This document shows, in pieces, positions 51,020 to 63,518 of a stretch of 64,000 nucleotides of DNA. Source of the DNA: Eledone cirrhosa (Eukaryota); contig OZ024750.1 in assembly GCA_964016885.1 (NCBI GenBank), positions 32,674,001-32,738,000 on the forward strand. Reading direction: 5' to 3'. How positions within the stretch are numbered: position 1 is the first letter of the stretch; each line of letters opens with the position of its first letter. The notes beneath the pieces were generated by a model. It saw nothing but the letters and a program-made list of their open reading frames with translations, was not told where the DNA came from and ran no database searches. The position numbers were made by a program, and so were the translations under genes.

Positions 51020-51560
51020 AATATATATATGCATATAAGTATATATGCATATAGGTATATATGCATATAGGTATATATGCATATAGGTATATATGCATAT
51101 AAGTATATATATGCATATAAGTATATATATGGATATATATGTACATATAAGTATATATATGTATATATAAGTATATATATGCATATAAGTATATATATGT
51201 ACATATAAGTATATATATATGCATGTAAGTATATATATGTACATATAAGTATATATATATGCATGTAAGTATATATATGTACATATAAGTATATATATAT
51301 GCATGTAAGTATATATATATGTACATATAAGTATATATGTGCATATAAGTATAGATATACATACAAATATATATATGCATATAAGTATATATATATGTAC
51401 ATTTAAGTATATATATATATATGCATGTAAGTATATATATGTGTACATTTAAGTATATATATATGCATGTAAGTATATATATATGTACATATAAGTATAT
51501 ATGTGCATATTAGTATATATATACATACAAATATATATATATATGCATATAAGTATATAT
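51020..51560. repeat. AT-rich compound tandem repeat (GTATATAT..GCATATAA)
   Basis: Directly visible. Confidence 0.85.
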
Positions 51561-51894
51561 ATTGTTGCTTATATGTGTGTGTATACTCATGAACATATGT
51601 GAGGATAAATGCATATAAATGTCTATGTATGTATATAAGTACATATACATATACATCCATACAAACAAATATATGCGTGCGTACATGCACATGTTGAAAT
51701 ATAGTTATGTTTGTGCATGTAGTGTGTGTGTGTCTATGTGTATTGATTTTGTGTGTGGGTGTATGCACACATGGAGTTGGGTCCATAGCTTCCATAGGTG
51801 ACCTTGACCTCTGTGAAACTTTCACAACAGGTCAATAATCAATACAAAGATGTAAACAAAACTCCATTGCTTTTTTTTCTTCTTATTTTATATA

Positions 51895-52179
51895 TGGAGG
51901 CACATGGCTTAGTGGTTAGAGCATTGGCCTTGCAATTGAAAGGTTGTGAGTTCAATTCTCAGGTCGGGTGATGTGTTGTTCCCTTGAGCAAGACACTTTT
52001 TTTCATATGGCTCCAGTTTACTCAGCTGTAGAAATGAGTTGATAGGACTGGGGTCCCTGTCATTCCACTGCAAAGTGATGGTGGAGTTGCCATGGCAAAA
52101 AAGCACCCAGCACTCACTGTAAATGAGGCTGGTGTTAGGAAGGGCATCCAGCTGTAGAAATCAAGCCAGAATCAGTTCC
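51895..52179 (+). mobile_element. CORE-type SINE family A (3' tail lost)
   Basis: Family match. Confidence 0.8.
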
Positions 52180-52534
52180 TTTAGGGCATTCTTTAGGGCA
52201 TTCTTTTAAACCTGTGAAACCCATCTCCTCTCCAGCTTTAACAGAGCAGATATCTTCCAGAGAAGGAAAGAGAGTGAGAGAATGGAAATGAGAAAGAGAT
52301 ATAGAGGAAGAATCAACCCCAGTACTAGACTGGTACTTTTTTATCAACCTCGAATGGATGAAAGGTAAAGTTGACCTTGACAGGATTTGAACCCAGAGAG
52401 TAGAGAGTGAGAATGAATACGGCAAAGCATGAATACCACCAACTTGCCACCTATATCTTCTCTTACAAAACCAGAAATAAAAGCTAAGAACTCAAAATAT
52501 TTCTTGGGTTGGATATAGCATTCAGTTTCAGTTT

Positions 52535-52869
52535 CATCATCATTTTCATCATTTCATTTTACATCCGCTTTTTCCCTGCTTGCAAGGGTGGGACGGGAAC
52601 TGATTCTGGCTTGATTTCTACAGCTGGATGCCCTTCCTTACACCAACCTCATTTACAGTGAGTGCTGAGTGCTTTTTTGCCGTGGTACCTCCACGACCAC
52701 TTTGCAGTGGAATGATAGGGACCCCAGTCCCTATCATCTCATTTCTACAGCTGAGTAAACTGGAGCAATGTGAAATAAAGTGTCTTGCTCAAGGAAACAA
52801 CACATCACCCGGTCCGAGAATTGAACTCACAACCTTTCGATTGCAAGGCCACTAAGCCATGTGCCTCCA
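52535..52869 (-). mobile_element. CORE-type SINE family A
   Basis: Family match. Confidence 0.85.
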
Positions 52870-53274
52870 TACATATGAAAACATTTCCTTCTCTCTGAAT
52901 AGAGAGCTAGTATTTTGTCTATGATTTTCCTGGAAAATGTGATTGATATAGTCTTATTTTCTAACAATTAAGTAAACAGAGATACTGACACAGGGCTAGC
53001 TTAACTATTAAACAAAATAAACACATATTTAGGGAACCATAGGAAGATGAGTTCTTCTTTTTCTTTGCCTACTTATTCCTAGGAGGGAAGCGCTTTCTAG
53101 GGGAAGAGCCATGAAACACTCCTTCCAGCAGGTCATGTAAGAAGCAACAGTCTCCAATTGATCTGGCTGGATCCCCAAGTGAGACCAGACAAGTTCATGA
53201 ATGTTATCCAACCATCTTGCTCAGAATCTAACCCTGGGTCGCCTGCTTGTTAGTTTTGCCAGTGAGCATTTTAT

Positions 53275-53482
53275 TAACTTTATATTTACTCTCATATTTT
53301 CATGTTAAACACTTTACTTCGCATACTATCTCACATAATATCAAATTTATAAGATTTTGATATTATTTATTTTGATAACAATACCTTAACATCATTATCA
53401 GTGGCTGGTTACAACCAGTTTGAACAGAAAGAGGTGAGAGAATCCTGGCTGGATACAGACGGTTTAAATGCTAAAGGGTTAA
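53275..53482. mobile_element. piggyBac-type MITE (reverse, diverged)
   Basis: Ends TAAATGCTAAAGGG|TTAA; internal match to the family. Confidence 0.65.
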
Positions 53483-55008
53483 ATTAAATGTATCCATCAT
53501 TTCCCTTCTTTCAACCAAATCTTTTTGCAGACTTTATATATAGGACAGAGAGCAGTGTAATTTATTAAGGTCTAAGGACCGCAAAACAGACTTAATCTGG
53601 CTCTGTACAGAAATTCTGTTATATTGTCTAAGTAAATGAATACATTTTGTGTTGATTGCTATCATTTTATCAAAATAACTTCATTAGGTCACCATTGTAT
53701 TTGAATTAAATGTATTTATAATTCCACCACACTTTATATATGGGTGAGGCCTATAGACCTTTAAGATCTTAGGGCCTCAAAAGAACTGAATCTATCCTTA
53801 GTAGGGAGGCATGTTATCTCTCGCTTGCAAAGGTTTATCATAAAACTGAAAATAAAAAAAATAAAAATAAATAAAAAAAATAAATTGCATTGATTTTGAA
53901 CTCAAGTCTAATGATTCAAAATAATTAAAATATTTCATCCATCGAGCCATTCTGCTTCTTGTAAAACTGAGCTCATAGTTTGAAAGGATTGTAATTAAGA
54001 GATTAGATTACAATTATTGATCGTTTGTGTAGGCGTAAGGCCAAACATAGTGAAAAGAAAATTGAAATCGATTTTATTGATCCCAGCATATTGATGGTAC
54101 TTAGTACATCAGCCTCAGAGATATAAACTGATAGATGACCTTGGCAGAATTTGAACTTGATATTAAAATATTGATATTAATGTAAACTTACATATTAACA
54201 AGTAAGATTATATGTGCTAAAAGCTTTCATATATATATATATGTGTGTGTGTATTATATTATAGAGTATGCTAGCGTGGAAAAACGGACGTAAAATGGTG
54301 ATGATGATGATGATGATGATGATGCATTTTTGTTCTTTCTTGTGATCTTTTAATGTAGATTTTCTCATTGTGGAAAGTAAATAATCAGTGATATGTGTAT
54401 AAGGGAGAAAGAGAAAAGCAAAAAGAAGGAGAGAGAGAAAGAATTATTTATACATACTTTCTTTACATATTTATATACATTTGTATAGCCTTATAAACCA
54501 TGTATACATATATATATACATACATAGATACATATCACTAACTCTCCTTATTATCAATATGTACACACACATATGCATGCATGGAAAAGCGGACATAAAA
54601 TGATGATATATATATCATCATCATCATCATTTTACATCCACTTTTCCCTGCTTGCAAGGGTGGGACTATATATATATAAATATATATATATATATTTATT
54701 AAAATAACAGATTAAAGTTTAAGCAAAGAATTATTCTGGGTTCAATCGAAGGTAACCACAGTAAGTAAGGTACTCAATACATAGCAGAGTATAAAAGTTT
54801 TAATAAAGAAGGATTGGTATTCCAATTTTGAATTCGTTTACAGTATTCTTTCTGCCTTTGCTAATATTAAAGCTTTTAAGAATTAGCTTTTAATGAACTC
54901 CCTTTTCTTTAAATCCTTCAACCAATGACCTACACATATCCCAATCCACACCCTCTCCTACCACCAGATAAGGAAAGATATAAATACTACCATTTACTTT
55001 GACAGTCA

Positions 55009-55057
55009 GCTTCCTGATGATTTGTCACGAATGAAACAGTTCTAGTCCTGTAGAAGC
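55009..55057 (+). ncRNA. Type-I hammerhead ribozyme motif (Penelope-like terminal repeat)
   Basis: GCTTC-CTGATGA-TTTG tca CGAA-T-GAAA-CAG ttctagtc CTG-TA-GAAGC; helix I GCTTC/GAAGC, GUA site; TATAAAT about 30 bp upstream. Confidence 0.65.
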
Positions 55058-55518
55058 TCTTCTATATTTTAACTTTAATTATATCTCATAAAATAATACA
55101 ACTGGCTTTCCACAAAATACATATAGTTAGCACCCCAAACACTTAAATTGGGTTTATACTAACATATAACCTAATGTTTGTTGAGTGAGGCGGTTACCAG
55201 TCAGAGTTTAGCTTTAAGCTATCTCTGTTATTGTATTAAATATATATATATATATATATATATAGGGAGAGAGAGAGAGATATTTAACTGTGCTGGGAGA
55301 TCAGTGGTTATTACTTCAGTACTTACTTGGTCTATGTAGACCTATCCACCCCTTGCTAGCAGAGAAAGTGGATGTTAAAATGATGATCAAGATATCATCC
55401 TCATCATCTTGCATGGATTAGAGAGGCCATCCATGTTATGATACAAGTCTGGCCAATTGGCCACGCTGTTACCCTGCTCAAACTGAACAGTAGTTTGGTT
55501 TGGATATATATACATATG

Positions 55519-55972
55519 AGAAGTAAACCATTATACTTTACATTTGTTAACCTAGAGAAGGCTTGACCCATGTTCCTACACTTTGTAGATTACTGGTCAC
55601 TAAAGAAACTAAGGAGGGTAAATGAATGACTGTTGATGATTATATAGACTAAGTCTTGGCAGTGGATTGGCAGTATTGGTAGAGGGTCAGGCGTCATGCT
55701 TTCCAGCATAGTTACGTCCCTTTATGATCTGAGTTCAAATCCCGCCGAGGTTGACTTTGCTTTTCATCCTTACAGGGTCGATAAAATAAAGTACCAGTAA
55801 TGCACTGGGTAATTGCTGGCCTTGTGCCTATAGTAGAAACAACTATATAGACTAAGTACAAATGTGCAGTCAGCTAAGTGACAGTTTGCAATGATGGGTC
55901 CACAAGAGCTCAGTTTGTAACCACCTCCGCTTTGTTATAATTCTTATTGCCATAACAGAGGAGTTTATAGCC
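55519..55972 (+). mobile_element. Degenerate RTE RT fragment interrupted by SINE-B (55657-55843)
   Basis: SKPLYFTFVNLEKA... AITEEF; SINE TSD TATATAGACTAAGT. Confidence 0.7.
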
Positions 55973-55982
55973 AACTGTTAGT

Positions 55983-56036
<54 letters not shown>

Positions 56037-56274
56037 GAAAAATACACCTAGTCCACCCTGCAATGTGGAAGTACTGGTGCCATAAAATATCTTCCCAGTA
56101 CACATTGCAAAACATCCAGCTATAGAAAACCAAGTAAAAAAAACAAAAAAACAGACCATACAAACAAAATGAGGTTAGCTAACCTGTCTATCCTCAGAAT
56201 GTGAGAAACCATCTAACCCATGCAAGCATGGAAAATATACATTAAATAGTACTGATTGCATTCACATGTATATT

Positions 56275-56306
<32 letters not shown>

Positions 56307-56329
56307 GGTATATAGTAAAGTGTTTGTGT

Positions 56330-56685
56330 ATGGTAAAAGCACCCAGCCCACACTGTAAAGAGTTTGTGTAGGTGTCACAACAAAAACACCCAGCCCACAC
56401 TGTAAAGTGACTGTGTAGGTGTCACGACCAAATCACCCAGTCCACACTGTAAAGTGATCGCGTTGGGGACACGACAAAAAGCACCCAGTACTCACTGAAA
56501 AATGAGGTTTGTGTTAGGAAGGATATCCAGCTGTAGAAACCAAGCCAAAAGCAGTTCTGTATGTGCAAGACATGGCCACCTGACCTAGCATTGCCCCAAA
56601 CAGGACAACTCGTCTAACCCATGCTAGCATGGAAAAATGGACTTAAAATGGTGGTGATAATGATGATGATGATGATGATGATGAT
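56330..56685 (+). mobile_element. Older RTE 3'UTR fragment
   Basis: Diverged match to 8550-8790; (GAT)n tail. Confidence 0.7.
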
Positions 56686-56738
56686 AGACACTATTTCACA
56701 TTCATTCTACCTACTCAGTGGGCCAAAATAAGTTTTAC

Positions 56739-56780
56739 CTGTAATCTAAATCACCAGTCTTGTCATACACTGTGCCAGAT
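56739..56780 (-). CDS. Candidate 42-nt phase-2 symmetric microexon (SGTVYDKTGDLDY)
   Basis: Minus: TCTGTTCTCCCACCTCACTTTTAG|ATCTGG...TTACAG|GTAAAA; one frame open; unique GC-richer flanks. Confidence 0.35.
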
Positions 56781-57093
56781 CTAAAAGTGAGGTGGGAGAA
56801 CAGATTCTGAAGCTCCGAATTTATTGGTGAAGTGAGGGCAACGACGCAAAAGGCCCCAGATTTATCGGTTGCATGGAGGAATTAAGCACAAATGCCTCAA
56901 ATATATAGCCGAGGTGGTAAATTAAGTAATGGGTCCAAAATTCATAGCTGGAGTTGAGGAAGGATAGTTAGTATAAATAAAATGAGAAATAGCTTAGCTA
57001 AGAAATGAGCAAGTTTAATGGAATCTTTTCTACACTTCTTTTAAATATTTGGAGATGAATTGACAGAGTAGTTAGAACATTAGATTAAATGGC

Positions 57094-57321
57094 TTAACCC
57101 TTTAATGTTCAAACTGGCCCAAACCGGCCAGAATTCTGTACCTCATTCTGTTGAAACTGGCTGTAACTGGTTGCTCAAACTGATGTTAAGGTATTGTTCT
57201 CAAAATAAATACTTCCAAAATCTCATAGATTCGATATTATGTGAGATAATTATGTGAGGTAAAGCCTTTACCATGAAAATATAATAGTATATATAGAATA
57301 ATGTGAATCCTAAAGGGTTAA
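57094..57321. mobile_element. piggyBac-type MITE
   Basis: TTAA|CCCTTTA...TAAAGGG|TTAA; near-identical to the 39594 copy. Confidence 0.85.
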
Positions 57322-57750
57322 TACTTCAGCTGGCTCTCTATGACCTGAATTCGAACACCCCTGAGGACAGGTTTGCCTTTCAGCTTTTCGTGGTTGATAA
57401 ATAAAGTACCAGTTTAAGGGTAGTGGTGCATTAGTGAAATTGTTAAAGGATTTCATGTAACCTTTTGCAGTATCTGATCTGGCTAGATATTTACTGAGTT
57501 CAAATCACACCTGATCTTACCAGGAGTTGGAAACAATAGATAAAATCAGTAATTGAAGGAGCAATGGAAACATTGTGTCCATGCTCCAATCTGTTGATTT
57601 TCTCATTATATTTCTATATTTTGTTTCTACTACCTTCTATACTCTCCTGAATAAGTACTCACTTGGTCTGTGACAACCCGTCCAAGATTTGCTAGCAAAG
57701 AAAATGTCTGTTAAATGAGGATGATGATGATGTGTGTGTATATATATATA

Positions 57751-58093
57751 TCATCATCATCATTTCATCATCATTTCATTTTACGTCCGCTTTTTCCCTG
57801 CGTGCAAGGGTGGGACAGGAACTGATGCTGGCTTGATTTCTACAGCTGGATGCCCTTCCTAACACCAACCTCATTTACAGTGAGTGCTGGGTGCTTTTTT
57901 GCCGTGGCACCTCCATGCCCACTTTGCAGTGGAATGATAGGGACCCTAGTCCCTATCATCTCATTTCTACAGCTTAGTAAACTGGAGCAATGTGAAATAA
58001 AGTGTCTTGCTCAAGGAAACAACACATCACCCGGTCTGAGAATTGAACTCACAACCTTTCGATTGCAAGGCCAATGCTCTAATCACTAAGCCA
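57751..58093 (-). mobile_element. CORE-type SINE family A
   Basis: Family match. Confidence 0.85.
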
Positions 58094-58290
58094 TATATAT
58101 ATATATTATTCAAAATATTAATAAATGGAGACATTCGTGTAATCAAAATATATCTTGATTACGCGAATGTCTCCATTTATTAATATTTTGAAATATATTA
58201 ATAACTCCAGAAAACTTCTTTGTTGAGTGCTTTTAATCTATTGTAAAACTATATTCATTGAATAATCAATGAACCTTGTTTAATATTTGG

Positions 58291-58328
<38 letters not shown>

Positions 58329-58756
58329 TCCTACTCATTGTCGTCATTTCATGTCCGTTTTCCCCAGTCGCTAAAGGTTGGATGGGTTATCAGACCAAGT
58401 CAGTACTCATTATTGAAATACACATTTATAAATATACATCTATACACACATATGTGTGTGTATGTATTGTATGTTCACTAAGAGAAGAATAGAGGAATAT
58501 ATATATATTTACGCACACACACATCAAAACATATTTGATACATTAATCTGGATAAGAGAATACCCTTATCGCATTAGAATTAAATATATTCTTAAGAGAG
58601 CCTCACACACTCAAATAATATATATATATATGTATGTATGTATATATATATATATATAAATATATACATACATTAATTTTATATATATACATTAATTGCA
58701 TATATATATATATATACAAACATGTTTTAATGGTTTTAAACTCTTTGTATTCATTT

Positions 58757-58840
<84 letters not shown>

Positions 58841-59214
58841 TAGATAGATAGATTAATTATATATATATATATATATAGGACAAAAATAGTTATAATAATA
58901 TGAAAAATGAGTACACTGATAGCATTAGATTTAAATTTATATAAATGTCCTTCCCCCACCCATTTTCATATAAGTAAAAATATATATATATATATGTATG
59001 TGTGTGTATATATTTATAAATCTATGCATGTGACTATGTGCTTGTTTATCCTATATATATTTGAAAACACACATATACACACTGTATTTATCTTCCATAA
59101 ACATACTTTGTGATACACAAACATACACTAAAAACTCTAAGTTTGTTTTAGCTGTTATTTTGCTTTTAAAAATATAAATATACACCACAATGAACACTCA
59201 AATGTATACATACA

Positions 59215-59245
<31 letters not shown>

Positions 59246-59360
59246 TTATTTATATTTATATATATATATATATATATATGTAATTATATATAATGACATA
59301 TAAAGAATGTGAAAATGAAAAAAGGAAATTTAAATGTTTTAGGTATATATACATTCAATG

Positions 59361-59409
<49 letters not shown>

Positions 59410-59501
59410 CAAAGGAATTGTGGTAAGGAACCAGATTAACCATAACGCACCACAGTACTCAATACTTAGGGTAGTAGAGTGGGAAATAGGAAAAAGTATG
59501 T

Positions 59502-59596
59502 CCCCGACGGCAGAGCTCAAGCCGTTTCGATGGCTATTTCTGGACTAAATTAGAATTTTTAGCCTGGTGAATAAATAGCCGAACTTGTCAAGGGGG
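59502..59596 (-). ncRNA. Type-I hammerhead ribozyme, U3-A8 core variant
   Basis: Minus: CCCC-TTGACAA-G..CGGCTATTT...AAATAGCC..C-GAAA-CGGC ttgagctct GCCG-TC-GGGG. Confidence 0.65.
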
Positions 59597-59967
59597 TACT
59601 TCCTTGTTTTTTCTATTCTCAACTTATTAACCTGTAATTGTAAGATAGCATTTTGATTTTTTTTATTCATTTCTCACTATCTAATTTTATATATTTTTTT
59701 ATTTCTTTCTATTATCTTTTATTGTCTCCTACTCTCATTCGATTTACCTATTCTATAACCTCCCTCCTCCACTTCATACATTATACTTAGAATCTGCTGT
59801 ATACATAACACTTTCAATGCTTGACCGCTCCACTCACTCCCCTATTGTTCTACAGGCAAGTTCAGCCACCCCTACCTCCCACCAAATGCCATGATAGACT
59901 TATTTGTGTTTACAACAAATTTTAACCAATCCTCTTGACAACTACAATATTCCCATATAAGGAAGTA

Positions 59968-60062
59968 CCCCCTTGACAAGTTTGGCTATTTATTCACCAG
60001 GCTAAAAATTCTAATTTAGTCCAGAAATAGTCGTCGAAATGGCTTGAGCTCTGTCGTCGGGG
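59968..60062 (+). ncRNA. Type-I hammerhead ribozyme, U3-A8 core variant
   Basis: Inverted copy of 59502-59596 with a few transitions; GUC at 60056-60058; CATATAA just upstream. Confidence 0.6.
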
Positions 60063-60263
60063 TCATATTTTTTCCTTTATATATCTATATATATATATAT
60101 ATATATATATAAGTCCATAGAATCATTAGATAAAATATATATACACTATTTCTTCTCCCAATCAGCATAATCAACCACACAAGAAATCATTTAAACAAGG
60201 CTATAAGTTTAAAATATACTTATGAAGAAACAATAGATAAATAAATGATAGCTTTTTATCTGC

Positions 60264-60295
<32 letters not shown>

Positions 60296-60774
60296 TAGGT
60301 AAGTGTGTAATGACAGATACAGGCAGAGTGCCATTCTAAGGTGCATCTCGTGCAGGGCTATATTCCAGAGTTAAGGCGGCTGTAGTGTGCAGAGAGTGAA
60401 TAAAAGTAGGATTGAAGACAATGTTGCAGCATATATATAAACTTTAATGGGTTTGAATGTGTCGTTGCATATATATAAACGTACATTTCTAATGAAATGT
60501 TGTGGAAGAGTTGGGCCCAGTCATTATGATTGTACCCTGAGCTGATTGATATTGAAACGATTGTAATATACCAATAAAGTTTACATATATGCTGCAACAT
60601 TAACTTCAATCCTGTTTACCCTCCATCTCAATTTTACTTTTGAAAAGCATAAGAACTGTGAAAATAAAATGAATATTCTTAAAAAGACTTCAGTTGCATT
60701 TTCGGTTTCTTTTCCTTATATTTTCACCTGTGTAGGACATCTGTATTTTTTGTAAAAACAACCTCATTTTCATA

Positions 60775-60823
<49 letters not shown>

Positions 60824-61438
60824 CGAAGGAAATGTGGTAAGGAACCAGGTGGACCATAACGCACCAAAGTACTCAATACTTAGGGTAGTAGAGTAGGACC
60901 CCGATGGTCGAAACGTTCCTATATATATATAAATATATATATATAAATGACTTCTACAGGACTAGAGCTGTTTTATTTATATGAATGAAATGGTTCTAGA
61001 TTTGTAGAAGCCATTTCTATATTAAATAATTGTTTCTACTTTTGGCACAAGGCCACCAAATATCCCAGTGTATTACTGGTACTTTATTTTATCGACCGAG
61101 TACCATTTTTTTCTGTGGTTACCCACGATTTCACTCTCGATTTACATATATACCTACACACCAAATGTCTATGATATACATCATTTTTCTTAAACTTGTT
61201 CTGCTCTCCAGCACTAAACACTTGCCTTGGGTAGGCCCCACCCTAATAGCGTAACAAGGACTCTTTACTCAAATCAGAAATTGACAAAGCTCCATGTGCT
61301 GGCTGATGACATGACAAAATGCACCCAGAACACTCTGTAAAGTGGTTGTTTTTGGAAAGGGTTTCCCCAAGTTAGTAACTACCAAAATTATCGAGAGTAT
61401 ATTTCAGTTAATGACCAGACAAACTTTTCAGTGCCCTG

Positions 61439-61533
<95 letters not shown>

Positions 61534-61544
61534 ATTTATATACT

Positions 61545-61817
61545 GAACCTCTGGAGGTTGTTAACATGGCATCAAGTCCCTTAATGACTTGCTGTGTTTT
61601 ACAAAAGAATCACCTTCCCACATAATCAAGGTGAAATGACGGCATCACACCACAAACTACGCAACACCTCCTGATATGTCCCCCTACTGGAACGTCCCTG
61701 CACACCATCGGACTTGGCAGAGTTTAATGAGAGAGGACAGCAATGTACTCAGCTGTGGCAGAACCACATCTAGCCAAGCTTTGTAGCCGCCACTCTTGTG
61801 AACACAATAAGAAGAAG
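61545..61817 (+). mobile_element. Vingi/Ingi-like LINE 3' fragment
   Basis: PQTTQHLLICP/LLERPCTPSDLAEF...CTQLWQNHI* (one frameshift), then a short UTR and AAGAAGAAG tail. Confidence 0.55.
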
Positions 61818-62144
61818 GTGTAGTACAAACAGGGAGGTGTAAATAGGTTTAGCAGTCAACATAACCGCTGCCTCAGCATCTTCCATCCCTACCATTGGTT
61901 CCTCTTTCCACTGCCAACCCATGTCACAACTGAATGTCAGACCAGACTCCTTGTCCACCTTCCCTACTTTAACCCCCCCCCCCCCCTGGCAACTCACTCC
62001 CCCACTTCCCAAGTGTCCCCTCCGTTCATATTCTTCATTGCTACTATGCCAGTATAGACAAAAAAAATAGTGTTCTTACAATGTTCTTCCCCCTTCTCTT
62101 CCATTAATTCACCTTCCTTGTCCAAACCCTGTCAGAATGGAGAG

Positions 62145-62450
62145 CTAGGCCTACCTTATAATACATGACTAGGTGTAACTCAGTCATTCAAATCTACTAA
62201 CATGACACAACCTAGAATATAGTGCCGGGCACACACCTTACAATATACAACTAGGTTTAATTCAGTGTTACAAAGCCAGTTACATAACACAACCCAGGAT
62301 GGACAGCTAGGCACACCTTATAATATACAACTAGGTGTAACTAAATCTTTCAAGGCCACTCACATGACACAACACAGATTGTTTAGCCCAAACACAGTGT
62401 AAAATATACAGCTAGATGCAACTCACCCTTCCAAACCCCTCACATGAGAT
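62145..62450. repeat. Degenerate ~80-bp tandem repeat
   Basis: Recurring CACCTTATAATATACAACTAGGTGTAACT...CACATGACACAAC. Confidence 0.6.
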
Positions 62451-62922
62451 AAAACTTTTTTGCAGGAGTATATCACACCTGCAATTCTCATCAATGCCTT
62501 TTCATTGCTGTTACAACAATAAAAATGCATACAGTCACTCTGTAAAATGGTAGTGCTGGTGTCATGATGAAAAGCATCTAAACCATCCTGCAAGGTAGCA
62601 GTGTCAGAGTTACAATAAAATGTGCCCAGTACACACTGTAAAGGGATTCACATTAGGAAGGGTAGCCAGCTATAAAAAAATGAATGGAAAACAGAACGTA
62701 TGAGCAAAAGGTGGTCACCTGACTTGTATAACCTCTCTACATGGTAAACCATCTAACCCATGCAAGCAGTGAAAATAGGTGTTAAACAATGATGATAGGT
62801 ATGATCTATCTATATATCTATCTAGCTAGCTAATATAGGTTATTTCTAACAGACTCTAAACAGTACCTTCTATTTACATCACATCACCCAAAACACATGA
62901 AAGATTTACAATGAGTATGTAT

Positions 62923-63012
<90 letters not shown>

Positions 63013-63179
63013 ATTATTATTATTATTACTATATATATATATATCATCAACATCATCGTTTAACGTCCATCTTCTACGCTAGCATGGGTTAGACGGTTTT
63101 GTTCCATTTGATGCGGGAATGGTGGGGTGACACTGTCTCGCTCACCAGGAGGCGTCTCTGGCAGGTTTTTTTACAGCTG

Positions 63180-63224
<45 letters not shown>

Positions 63225-63339
63225 TATCCTTATAATCGTTTTAATATCCGCTTTCCCTGCTAGCAAATGTTGGATGGGTCTGCATTGACCAAGTCATTAC
63301 TGAAGTAGAGCTACTGACCTTCCACACAGGGTAAGGGTC

Positions 63340-63399
<60 letters not shown>

Positions 63400-63469
63400 T
63401 AGACCCTAGCCTGTGTGGAAGGTCAGAAGACTAGCAGGGAAAGCAGATATTAAAACGCTGATGATGATA

Positions 63470-63518
<49 letters not shown>

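Larger units (their letters stand above)
59409..60076. mobile_element. Penelope-like element remnant with inverted terminal repeats
   Basis: ~118-bp inverted repeat (59488-59605 / 59959-60076) with a hammerhead in each arm; embedded in (TA)n. Confidence 0.65.
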
